Source: Rhina ancylostomus
Taxonomy: Eukaryota
Length of the DNA: 64,000 nt
Assembly: GCA_030265395.1 (NCBI GenBank)
Contig: JARFYF010000059.1
Span: forward strand, 10,195,582-10,259,581
Direction: 5' to 3'
A model generated the notes under the pieces. The model saw only the letters and a list, made by a program, of their open reading frames with translations. It made no database searches and was not told the DNA's origin. This document shows, piece after piece, positions 52,656-64,000 of this stretch (the stretch's first letter is position 1; each line of letters begins with the position of its first letter). The position numbers and the translations under genes are program-made.

Positions 52656-54319
52656 GAAATTGTTTAAAGAAGTACATATTTTGGGTCCAACTGTCATGTC
52701 CCAATGATCAATTGGATTGGATACTCCCAGACCAAGATCTTCTCACATGTTACATCTTACTTACCTCCTAGATCTTAGGAAGAATGGGTGAGAGGGATGA
52801 ACAACCCAGAGCAGACATTACTCGTGGCACTGTAATGGGGACAATTTTGAGGCATAGACTGAATTGTTGGAAGACAGTTACTGCAAGCCTAACCTTAAAC
52901 TGAATTTGTATCTAAAATAAGGGGATTGAGAGACCTCAAACTGAATAAAGGCTGACAGGAGGATGGGAGAAACAGGCCCAGGAATAAGCCAACTAGCTGG
53001 TGTCAAAATGTTCCATGTCACTTTAAGCCTAGAAGGCTTGGANNNNNNNNNNNNNNNNNNNNNNNNNNNNNNNNNNNNNNNNNNNNNNNNNNNNNNNNNN
53101 NNNNNNNNNNNNNNNNNNNNNNNNNNNNNNNNNNNNNNNNNNTCCATGGATTAGAGCGACCTCCGCTGTCACGACACAGCCCTGCAAGGTGAGGACACTG
53201 CGACATCGCATTTCACCCTTCCCCAGCATGTGTTGAGAACCTTCCTTCCATCTCCTACCTTTTCCCGTGGATATTAAAACGCGAATTTAGCTCAGTCAAA
53301 TACAGACGTTTAATAGAAAACAATGTAGACAGCACGCGTCTAGCTCCCGCACCCTGGGTATTGATTCTCATGCCATCGAGTTACACGCAAGGGTCGGTGA
53401 CATGTTGCAAATATCCTCCGCTGCAGGTCGATCGAGGCCATGGCAACAGCACAAAATATATCATGTATTTTCACTGATTGGATTCAGTTGTCATTAATGC
53501 ATGAAGGCAATGCATTTGGAGAAATTGGTTCATGCACATTTAATTTCCCCAAAATTTAAAAAAAACAGAATATGTATCACTTATTATCTGCAGCCCCTTC
53601 CTTTTCTGAAGACTTTGTCAGTTATTGTGGTGCAAATGCAGTGCCAAACATGCCCTGCTGTCTCCCTAACTGCATCAGCGCTCAACTGTTGCCTGAGGGC
53701 AATATTGAAACAAGTCAGTATTAAACATTGACAGACCTACGTGCATTTTCCAAGAGTAGGCCGTTCAACCCCTCGAACTTACTCTGCCATTCACTGACAT
53801 CGCAGGTGATCTGTGGCATAACTTCCACTACTTACTCATCCTAGCTCCTTATTGAATGAACAGTCACCAGAACCTGTTATCCTGATTTATTTACCACCTC
53901 CTCTAAGGATCACAGATCAATTTAATCCCCATTCTTAAAATGCAAATCGACTGGGTTCCCAAGTTCAGGATCTCACTTGATCTGCATGGTTCAAACCACA
54001 CTCGATGGTTTGTTTGCCCATTAGGGCATGGAACTGGTTTTAAGTCAATGAATCGTACAAACCTATGACCGGAGACCATTCATCCCAAGTTGCTGGTGCT
54101 AGGTCTTTGAAAGAGCTATCACTTAGTTCCACTCTCCTACTCTTTCTGCATAACATGACAGATCCTGTCTTTTCAAAAATATGTTCCAGGTCCTTTGAAT
54201 GTGGCTACTCAGTTTACTTCCAGTGACTCAGAGAAAACATTGGAGCCTAGAAACTGGATCCACTAGTACATTTAAATCATATGTATCAAAGTCAATACTA
54301 CTGGCAATGCACTTTAATA

Positions 54320-54900
54320 GAACCACAGAATGATATAGTAAAGGGAAGTCACTGAGCTCATCATTCCTGTCTGGCAATTCTTTGAAAAAATCTATCCAAT
54401 TGATCTCTTTCCACTGCTCAACTCCCCTGGCTCTCCAGATATTCTCCCTTTGTGAACTAATCCAGTTCTCTTTTTTAAAGGATATTAAATCCACATTATC
54501 AGGCAATGCATTTTATATTATTGCAACCAAGTTTTTCTTTTCTCATGTTGCTACTGGTTCTTTTGCTAACAGCTTGCCAATTAAACATGTTTCCCCTTCC
54601 TGCTGCTGAAAGGGGTTCCTCCTTCATCAAAGCATTTCATGGTTTTGAACACCTTTTATCGCATCTTTCCCTTCACTGCGTCAAGCAGAACAAATCTCAT
54701 GCTTCTAATTTCACCATGTAACTTTTTCACCTCTAGTACCATTACGGTAAATCTAATCTACATCGTTTCTTTAGACCTTTATATCTTTCCCCATGTGCGA
54801 TGCCCAGAAATGACTATAATATTCTACCTGAGGCCAAACCAATGTCTTGCACAAGTTTAGCATAATGTCCTTGCTTTTGCACTTCGTACTTCTGCTAACA
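54320..54900 (-). mobile_element. CR1 3' relic in WNT4 intron 2
   Basis: Collinear with the minus-strand CR1 at 13139-13750. Confidence 0.65.
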
Positions 54901-57900
54901 AATGTGTGATAGTCTTAATTAATAGCTCAAATTACCACATTTCCTAATATAGACAGTCCTGTTACTTCCAGTACATCATCAACCCACGAAGATCGGGCAG
55001 ATGAAATTAGTTTGTTTTACAGTTTAAGGGTATATAACTGAAAAAAAGAATCACACAATCTCTGCTAGACTTCCCTAATATCCTAACATTGCTGTGCAGT
55101 GTTAGAACAAAAATGAAGGGGAAGAGAACACTTATCCTTTGTGTTTTGAACAGCATGGACTATTTTGGCATCAGCTAGGCCCCTGGCATGCCAAACCCAG
55201 GTAACTATGCACTGTTTGAGTTCATAATTGGCACTCAATTGGTTTGCATTTTTTTACTAAAATATTTATAACAGGTCAAAATATTCCTACATTACAACAG
55301 TGACTACACTTCAAAAGTACTTTCATCAGTTGAAACGAGTTTTGCATTGCTTTGAAAGTTTCTCTAAAGGATGCTAAATAAGTGCAAGTCTTTCCTTTTT
55401 TACAATGTCGTTAATGCCTATAGGTTGTCATCATGATGATGCAGATAAGATACTGAGCAGTTCCGATGTTGCATTAAGCTATGTTTTCAGTCATAATCCT
55501 CTACTAAACATACATTTAATATTGTTTATATTTTTTGAATATAGTAATTCCCTCCCAAACCTCTTTTTTAAAGAGGTCAACAGAGCAATTTTTATGCATC
55601 TTTCCTTCAGGTCAGGGAAGGTATGGATTCTAAGTGAAAAGATGAGGAATGTGCCTGTCACATGCACAGATCTTTAAAGAAGTGGAGAATGAGATGTTTA
55701 TTTCTTTTGCCATATGGCTTTAAGGTGGTACCATCATAACCTTGGCCAAGTCACACTGGATATTCCTTCCTCTCTGTGAGGCAGATCCTTACTTCCATGC
55801 TTACATTATCCCACCAAAATGAGACACTTATCCAAATGCACACTCATTCATGCTCTGCTGCTCTGGTTGACCATCTTGGATCTGCCTCTGTTCATTCCTT
55901 GCAGATCCCCAACTTCCATTCTTTGTTCTCCTTATCTTAGACGGCCGACTCAAAGTAGGATATGTTTTTGTACTAATATGTATCACCAAGCTATTGGACA
56001 ATGGTGGAGAGGGAGGGGAAGGGGATGGTTTATCACTGGTGAGGCTCCACCAATCCCCACAAAGTCTAATTATTTTTTTACTTGGACTAGTTACATTAGA
56101 GTGATGAATTGAAACTATGACTGTTCTATTTCCCTCTCCACCCTGGGGTGTTGAGCCCATTTGTAACACTCCTATTGTCATCCCACTCCATTAAACTAAC
56201 TAAATGCAGATTAGTAGGCCCTGATGTGTACAACACCTGTGGGGAATTTACCAGCCATTGAGGGTTCTTATTCATATCTAACTGAATAATAACAGTCATA
56301 GCAGCAAATTGTGCTGTAATTTATGTTCACGGTATCCACTTAACAGTAGATTTCTTACTTCCTGTCTCATATTTCCAAATGCTAATTTGTTAATTAGTTG
56401 TATATGTGACACTTTAACACCTCATTAATCATCATCTAGACTAGGCACTCTAAATCCACACTGCAAACTATGATTGTTAGCACAAAAAAAGTATTTTAAC
56501 ACTATTACTTTTGTGTGTCACAGTCCATTTGCGCTTTGAAGACATACATATTGTTGAAAAAGTAGTTTTAAGTACTATCCACAGTGGACTAGGAGATGCA
56601 GTGTATGCATACTTGTTTTGAATCTGGCAATTACCTTTGTCCACTAATATTAAGATCCTATGTAAAATGAGTTTGTACTTTCATTCCCAGTTCCTATATG
56701 GCATAAAGATGCCCACATTCAACACTAATTTAGTCCAAGGGGGTAATCTTATTCAGAGGTGTTAGGGTGAGTGTTGCACATGGAAGAATGTCACACTGAT
56801 TGAGAATGGGATGCAAGTAGATGTTGGGGTCAGGGTGGAGGCAGTTTTGTTCTGTATCTAATTGACCTGAGAGTCTTGATATTGATGCGGATACTTGAAA
56901 TGAAATAGGAACAAAAATTAATAATAAAAAAAGGTGTTATGGAAAAGTTAACAGCTCAGTAACCGTGGCTGTCATGTAAACAAAACCTGTTTAAATTAAT
57001 GTCTCACTTGGCGCGAGCTGACAAAATAAGGCAAATCTCAAAAAAATGTATTTTTAGTTTAACTGAGGCCCTTGAGAACTTCCTCTAATAATACCCAAAA
57101 GTCCCATTATTACTGAAATCTGTACTGTTATATCATGGAGTGGATTTGACAGAGCCAGAAAGAAGCACTGAAAACTAGCACTTATTAACTTCATTTCTGG
57201 CTGCTGTATCTTCTCCAGGGACCAGGGAAGGACTACACAGTCCTGAGACAGCATACCACTTTGCAAGCCTCTGTAGGGTTTTTGTTCAGTCGGTAGTCTG
57301 TTGTCATCCTAATAGCGAAGCCTGTGCCTCTGATGAGGCCCTGTCAAACCTTGTTTTGGTGGGGCTCAAAATGTTCTGAGGCAACAAATACATCTTCTTT
57401 ACATTACTGCTCTTTTGCTGAAGTTGGGCCTGCTGTCAATGGTATCACATGAAAATAAATATAGATGAAGTTAGTGCAGGAGTGAACATTTGCAACAGAG
57501 CTCAAAGGACAAAGTGCAACCAGAGAGGATGCAGTTTCTTAGTCCTTTGTAAAGAGCATTAAGAGCAATTGCTGCCAAAGGTCTTTTCATGAAGACACTG
57601 TCTAGTTTCACAGTTGCAATCCTTCTATAGACTTCAATGTCCTAGGGGTGGAGAAGGGAACGATCTAGCCAGGGTACATGCTCCTGATCATTAACCAGTG
57701 ATGCAAGCTGAAAAAGTGGACATTAAGCTAATAGTATGGGCTTTTTTAAAAATGTGTTCTACAGTTGAATGGCCAGCTAATACAAAATACCTTCAGCTCT
57801 TGATTGAGAATGGCCGGTTATTCAAAGGAAATAAATTACTGCCAATGTCCATGAAACAGAATTCAGGAGAGGATAATCCCGGGTTTCGGCAGATTCTTTG

Positions 57901-58252
57901 GGCAGCACGGTAGTGTAGTGGTTAGTGTGAGGCTATTACAGCACCAGCGATTGGGGTTCAATTCCCGTCGCTGTCTGTAAGGAGTTNNNNNNNNNNNNNN
58001 NNNNNNNNNNNNNNNNNNNNNNNNNNNNNNNNNNNNNNNNNNNNNNNNNNNNNNNNNNNNNNNNNNNNNNNNNNNNNNNNNNNNNNGCCGCTGTCTGTAA
58101 GGAGTTTGTACGTTCTCCCCGTGTCTGCGTGGGTTTCCTCCGGGTGCTCCAATTTCCTCCCACATTCCAAAACATACAGGTAGGTTAACATGGGCTTAAA
58201 ATGGGCAGCGCGGACTCGTTGGCTGGAAGGGCCTGTTACCACTCTGTAAATA
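57901..58252 (+). mobile_element. Young tRNA-derived V-SINE (HE1-like)
   Basis: A box TAGTGTAGTGG 57911-57921, B box GGTTCAATTCC 57955-57965, V-domain GTTCTCCCCGTGTCTGCGTGGGTTTCCTCCGGGTGCTCC, CR1-like tail GAAGGGCCTGTT. Interrupted by a gap. Confidence 0.88.
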
Positions 58253-59869
58253 ATATTTTAAAATTTTTAAAAAATTTAGGACAGAGATGGAGGAGAGCAC
58301 TGGTAAAAATTACAGTGGCAGAGGGTTGAACTCCACTTTGAAAAGGAATACACTCCATCTGTGTAAGGAAAAGTTGCATCATATTCCTATGATATGTTAT
58401 TAATAACATTTGTGTGTTTTATTATATATCTGGAACAATATCTATTAAGAGAAAATGGTTTTATTTGTAAATTAAAAATTTACTACTTTGGTAAAAATTC
58501 ACTATTTTTAACTGAGTGAGACCCGGGACCAATATTAACAAGAAATAAATTCCCTCTTGGAATAAATCATGCTTTTGTATTGGAAACTACTTTAATTAAA
58601 ATGGAACATTCCAAGTGGTACTGCCAATTGGCGCTAATTCATTAAGATGGTTTCAGTTTGTAGAATGTAGTTTTTATGTTTAAATGCTGTTAAAAGGGCC
58701 CAACATGGTAATATCTAAGATGATGTTCCCTGATATGAAGCTCTTCTGAAACTTAGAAGTTAAAAACTCTCACCCACTGATCTGGGTCTGTAATGAATCA
58801 GCTGACCTCAGCTCTGATGGTCATCTAACTGCTCCAGTTGGCTTCAGCAGCTCTGGATGTGAGAAAGGAAACTCAGCCAGGATTTCCACTGAGCCTTGGT
58901 GGGAAATGCATGTGTGGATTTCAGAAGAGGGCTGTGTTGGTGTCAGTCAGCTGTGGTGCCTACATGCCCACTGTTCCTAACAGCTATTTTCCAGGCCTAC
59001 AAGTGAAAAATGATTACTTGTGTGGAATGCCACAAGGCAAATGAAGCTCTTTGAGCTGTAGCCCAGCACTTATCAGAGAGAAGGAAAGGAAATATAAGGA
59101 TTAAAATAAATCTATTTGCAATGTTCAAAGCAGAAACACAGTCTTAAATTTGGTAATAAGAAACCTTAGTTCTGGTTTAATAAGATTACTGTTGTGTGTA
59201 ATAGCATGGAACTGCACCATTCTCAGCTATCATTTCATGGCTTAATCAGCTTCACATTCTTACCCACCAGCCATTAAAGTAACATGATCTGAAACAGTAG
59301 TGATCTTTGTTGGCCCATCAGTTAGTGATCAGTCAACAAGAGTAGTTGGCTTCATTTAAAGGGTTAGTTTTGCTACAGTTATGGTCTTAGATCAGTTTGT
59401 TGGAGGGAGGGAGGGAGGTGGTGGGGATGTGGAGGAGGAGGGGCTAGGGGCCATTCAGGCAATCAGAGTGGGTAGCAAACCCTGCATTGTGCTTTCCAAA
59501 CAGGATCAGTATAAATAGTCTGCAACCAAACAGCAAACTATTAAGTGTTAATGTTAGGAGCAAGCTGAAGATTGTGTAGAAACTAGTGCTACTAGCGATC
59601 TACTACCAGATTTTAAGACAGATCAATTGGTTTAACATTATTTCCTGGCAGCAGTCCTATGTGATGAGAATCTTAGACTTTGGAGTTTTAAAGCTATCAT
59701 AACACTGACTCCAAAACCTCTGGTTCCAAGTTGTGTCAATTATGCACCCAAAGGCACTTTGCCCCAAAACAAATAAAAAGGCCATTGAAAAGGAGAAAAA
59801 AAAGCACAAATATTATTTAACAATACTGTATAAAATGTTTGAAACAGTGCTTTTCCATGTCAGAAACAA

Positions 59870-60270
59870 GAACAAAAACAGAAAATATTGGGAATACTCA
59901 GCAGTTCAGGCGGCATCTGTGGAGAGAGAAGTAGAGAATTCAAATCGATGATCCTTCATCAGAATTGGAAAAGTGAGACAACAAGTGACAGAGAGGGTGA
60001 GAAAGAATAATCCGTTCATTGCAGAGGCCGGTGGGTGGAAGCTGAGGAGAATGGGAAGCTTATCCTTGTTTTGGCTGGGAAGAAAGAGGGTGACAACTGA
60101 AATAAAGGAAATAGAGGGAATGTACTTGAGAATTCTGTCAATCACAATAAAGGAAATCCATAATTAAAAAGTAAGGAGACACCTCAGGAGCACAGGTGTG
60201 GGAAGTCTCATCATCAGAATAGATATGACAAAGATAGAGTAATTCGGTGAACTTTCTTTGAAATGACAGG
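59870..60270 (-). mobile_element. Penelope-like element fragment upstream of exon 3
   Basis: AAACAGAAAATATTGGGAATACTCAGCAGTTCAGGCGGCATCTGTGGAGAGAGAA arm plus adjoining purine-rich internal sequence. Confidence 0.6.
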
Positions 60271-60470
60271 ATCCATGCACTTCTCAGCTAGCTCCTAAAT
60301 TGTAACCTAACTTGCACAAGCATAAACTTATGCATTTCTGGGTTGACAGTAAAACAGAACTGGTCCTGTAACTTGGATCCACCCATCGCTTTCTGATCTG
60401 TGCGGGCACTTTTAAATCCTGGTGTGTCTGTAATGCAATGAAGTAACCAGTGTCATCTCTTTGAATGCAG

Positions 60471-60602
60471 GAACAAGAGAAGCAGCCTTTGTGTATGCAA
60501 TCTCATCCGCTGGGGTGGCCTTTGCAGTTACTCGTGCCTGTAGCAGTGGAGAGTTGGAAAAGTGTGGTTGTGATCGCACAGTCCATGGAGTGAGCCCTGA
60601 TG
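60471..60602 (+). CDS. WNT4: WNT4 coding exon 3: [44 protein letters not shown](G)
   Basis: Acceptor TGCAG|GA, 132 nt, donor ATG|GTAAAT. Nearly identical to the human WNT4 segment [42 protein letters not shown]. Confidence 0.97.
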
Positions 60603-61177
60603 GTAAATGCAAAAATGTTGCTTCGTCCGGGGACTGTGTGTTGTAGTGAAAGCCATTGACCTTTCACCTGTTAGGATGTGTGTTCTTAACTAGTCAGAGG
60701 GAAAGGTCTCTTTCTTTTTGAAGGGTCCTCTATAAAACAAGTTTCACTAATTTCAATCCAGATCCTGGTGTACATTACAAATCATCTATAATCTGGAAAA
60801 ATTGAACAGGTCAAGCAACATCTGTGGATTTTCTGTTTTGAATTTAAGATTTCCAGTATCTGTGGTACTTTGATTTGTAACCATAATCTGGTATTAATGG
60901 ATAGTCTAATACAGAGCGCATAGAATGGCTGATGTGAAGAAAATCATACATAGTAGGTCCTTTCCTCCAGGTTGGAGCAAGGCTATTTGTTGGGGAAGAG
61001 TATGGGAGAGAGTAACTAAATTATTCTTAATCTGGTAGAATGTTTGATGCTGATACTTGGTGCCTGAGAGGGAAAATGTTCTATTTTCTAGTGCTAATAT
61101 TCATCATGCATGAACAAACAGCCAAGAAAATTCCCTTTCTTGTGCTTCATCATCATTAATGCATTTGTACTCAAAAC

Positions 61178-61572
61178 TGTCATGGATGTGAGTTCTGGCC
61201 CTCAATTTGGCTCCTTTAATGCCTTGTTGTCCAGCACATGGATTCCATGCTGGACTGATTACATAATGATGCACACCTGAGCCCCATCAAGGGCCGAGCA
61301 TAAGTACCTGTGTTTCTCTAGCAATAGTTGCCAGAGTATTGGTCTACCTTTGGCTCCTAGTTGCTTAGAGTGGTGTACTCTAGAGCAGTCCTGTGTTGTC
61401 TATTCCTTATGAAGATCCAGTTCGTGTTGGGATTCCTCTTCTGATCTCTGAGGCAAGATTCCTTCCAGTCACTACCTGTGTTTTTCCTGAGGAAGTATCC
61501 TGACTCCAGTCTTTTATTAGTGTGCTGCATTCAGGTTCTCTATGAGCTTGCTCCTTGCTTGACATTGTGACA
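61178..61572 (+). mobile_element. Complete ~395-bp Gypsy (Tf1/sushi-like) LTR, 5' LTR of a truncated element
   Basis: Ends TGTCA...TGACA. TATA-like CATAAGTA 61299-61306. Homologous to six other segments in the window. Followed by a leader and a gag-like ATG. Confidence 0.85.
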
Positions 61573-61588
61573 GAATACTCTGGTCAGC

Positions 61589-61711
61589 ATGAACCCAGTG
61601 GACAGGAACCCCCTGTATGAAGCCCTCACTAGCCAGGGCTCACTTCTGGGCCAGCATGACCAGGAGCTCCGAGGGGTTGTGGCAGACTTCCATACCCTTA
61701 CTGTATCCTGA
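61589..61711 (+). pseudogene. Truncated gag N-terminus MNPVDRNPLYEALTSQGSLLGQHDQELRGVVADFHTLT, fused to LTR sequence
   Basis: ATG 16 nt after the LTR end. The ALxSQGxLLGQHDQ motif resembles N-termini of fish sushi-type Gypsy Gag. Runs into LTR 3' sequence at ~61703 and stops. Confidence 0.65.
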
Positions 61712-61773
61712 CTCCAGTCTTTGATTAGTGTGCTACATTTGGGTTCTCTGTGAGCTTGCTCAACATTGTGACA
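61703..61773 (+). mobile_element. 3'-terminal fragment of the same LTR
   Basis: GTATCCTGACTCCAGTCTT...CAACATTGTGACA matches 61495-61572. Confidence 0.85.
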
Positions 61774-62764
61774 CCTCACTGGAATTGAGATTATTATTAA
61801 AGCAGCAATGGGAGAATTGCTCACATTTAAAGCCACGTTTCTCTATTTACATCTGAGGTACAGGCGATGCTCCAGCTGTGTCTCAACAATAGTCCTCATT
61901 TCCTGTTGTTCTCCCAGCAAGGAAATTAACATTGTGAGAACAGATACCAGAAAATTATATGTGCACTGCCCATAATTTTTGAGACATCTGTTTTGCCATT
62001 AGAATCACATGTCCAAATTTATGTTGCTCACCATCAGGAGGTTTCTTATCATAAACCAATGTCAGAAAATTATTTCCTAGAAGACTGCACTAACTGTTCA
62101 TGCTGGTGTAAGTGCATGTCATCCCCTCCAGGCACTCAAGATCCTGGGACACTGCCATGGCTACGGCACCACCCCAGTTCACATCTCCCTCCTGGTAGGG
62201 GCAAGATAGGAGAAAGGGGGGGGAATGGTAGTAATAGGGAAGGTGGGATTGGTGGGTGGACATGGAAAGGGGTGAATGAAGTGTCAACATAAATGAAGCT
62301 GGAAGAGTGACTGCAGTTCAAATTTAGTCAACTGTTCAAAAAGTATTCTGGAACATTCCAATAACATAGAAGACTTTTTCAGCTATCTTTGCTTATTCCA
62401 TGTTGTCAAGAGGTCAAAAAACATGCAAAGGTGAAAACATTCACTTGTGAAAGAACTACCATTCAAGTTGTGAGGATATTTGGATTTTACTGACACATAC
62501 AATATCTACAGTTTGGTGTCACTTTTGATAAGATTATCAAACTGGGCTTGACTAGCCTGATAGATTTATAATGAGATTTGAATTTATATTTGTTTGCCCT
62601 TCAGGCTTTTCTTTGTGAACATTTGGAATCATGGTGAGAAATAGACCAGCAAGTTATTGCTTAAACCAGTAATAATTAAGGGTAGGGAAACAAGCAGTAG
62701 ATTGATTAAGGAGCATGAATTACCACACACCAATTCAAAGCCAAATAATACATTCATAGATAAA

Positions 62765-63085
62765 GCTTGGGAACAGGTACGTCAACCCACCGAGTCTGCG
62801 CCGACCATCAACCACCCATTTACACCAATCCTATATCAAGTCCATTTCTAGTTCTCCCCAATGCCTATCAGCTCCCTAAAGATTCTACCATTCACCTACG
62901 CAACAAGGACAATTTATAGTGGCTAATTAACTTAACACTCCACAAGTCTTTGGGATATGGGAGGAAATCAGAGAACCCCGAGGAAACTCATAAGGTCACG
63001 AGGAGAACCTGCACACCCCACACAGACAGCACCTGTGGTTAACATTGTAGTTAGGTCTCTGGCACTGGTGAGGCAGCAGCTCTTC
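62765..63085 (-). mobile_element. V-SINE copy in WNT4 intron 3
   Basis: TTTGGGATATGGGAGGAAATCAGAGAACCCCGAGGAAAC is the reverse-complement V-domain. CR1-type tail at ~62770-62820. Confidence 0.75.
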
Positions 63086-63382
63086 TGATAGAGAAGGAAA
63101 ACCAGGTAAGAGAGGAAAATAATTGGATGAAGCAGAAGTAGAAAAAGTACAGAAATAATAAAAAAATGCAATAAGAGAAATAAATTAAAATCAGACGTGT
63201 TAAATCATAGAACCATAGAACAATACAGCACAATACAGGCCCTTCAGCCCACCATGTTGTGCTGCCCATCAAACCACACCTCNNNNNNNNNNNNNNNNNN
63301 NNNNNNNNNNNNNNNNNNNNNNNNNNNNNNNNNNNNNNNNNNNNNNNNNNNNNNNNNNNNNNNNNNNNNNNNNNNNNNNNNN

Positions 63383-63464
63383 GGAAGTATCCTGACTCCA
63401 GTCTTGTATCGGTCTGCTGCATTTGGGTTCTCTGTGACCTTGCTCCTTGCTCAACATTGTGACA
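63383..63464 (+). mobile_element. 3' end of the same LTR family (5' part in gap)
   Basis: GGAAGTATCCTGACTCCAGTCTTG...CAACATTGTGACA immediately after an N gap. Confidence 0.85.
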
Positions 63465-64000
63465 AAAACAGAGAGGAAAGTACAGGTAGAGTAAGGAATA
63501 CATTTAAATGGTCAGTAATGCTCCCCCTTTCTAACCCCTATATCCCTGAGATGAAACTTTCTTCCATTGTTCTCTCGACTTAGAAGTCTGAATATTTATG
63601 ATGTATTTGGGACACTTTAAGAACTAGAGAGGATGGCTCGATCGTATCCTCTTTATCTTCATTCCTACATGCCCAATGACTTACTGGGACAACTCACCAG
63701 CTACAGCTTACAAGCCCAGCTTCCTCCTGGAATTCATGAGCCACCCTAACTTGAAACAACTGTTTCAGACTAAAGTCAGTTTTCAGTGCCTGTTTAAGGG
63801 AATGAACAAGCCATTTAATGCAAGTACAAACATCTTGTGGTATTTGTGAAAATGTGTGTTTGATTGGCATCTCTTTTGTATTTAACAATTATCCAAAAAT
63901 GTGCAGTCCTGATCGTTTTTGTTTTCCAGAGAGTGGTATTAATCTATCTGGTTTAATTCAGGGCAGCTGCCTGAAAACTGCTTAGAGAGATAGTCAGGCC

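Noticed and set aside
57901-57975. tRNA-like A and B boxes
   Set aside because: This is a SINE head continuing into a V-domain, not a tRNA gene.
60603-64000. Search for WNT4 exon 4 (GFQWSGCSDN)
   Set aside because: No matching sequence seen. It is presumably beyond the window, though it could lie in the gap.

Overview
Eukaryotic (vertebrate) genomic DNA with many N gaps. The repeat content (V-SINE/HE1-like SINEs, abundant CR1 LINE 3' ends, Penelope-type hairpin elements, DeuSINE-like relics) points to a cartilaginous fish, probably an elasmobranch; this is an inference. The only host gene is WNT4 (wnt4a-type) on the + strand: coding exons 1-3 at 44091-44167, 46963-47198 and 60471-60602, with GT-AG borders and the 77/236/132-nt sizes I recall for human WNT4. 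Exons 4-5 are not visible and are presumably downstream. The first ~43 kb is gene-free, repeat-rich upstream DNA with a few enhancer-like unique blocks. Almost all ORFs in the supplied track are spurious or decayed transposon fragments. Best observations: (1) a Gypsy LTR family (TGTCA...TGACA, 5-bp TSDs) whose one copy with internal sequence shows a Tf1/sushi-type self-priming signature and a gag N-terminus; (2) a possible 2.3-kb composite LTR unit bounded by matching AAAAC flanks; (3) an in-frame duplicated splice donor after WNT4 exon 2; (4) an Arg-to-Leu change in the conserved RWNC motif; (5) an ATG-depleted putative 5' UTR with one uORF; (6) hammerhead-ribozyme relics in Penelope-type hairpins; (7) a SINE-LINE pair sharing a 3' tail. 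I found no convincing wholly new multi-gene system. Repeat boundaries were read by eye and are approximate unless a TSD or terminal motif is quoted.
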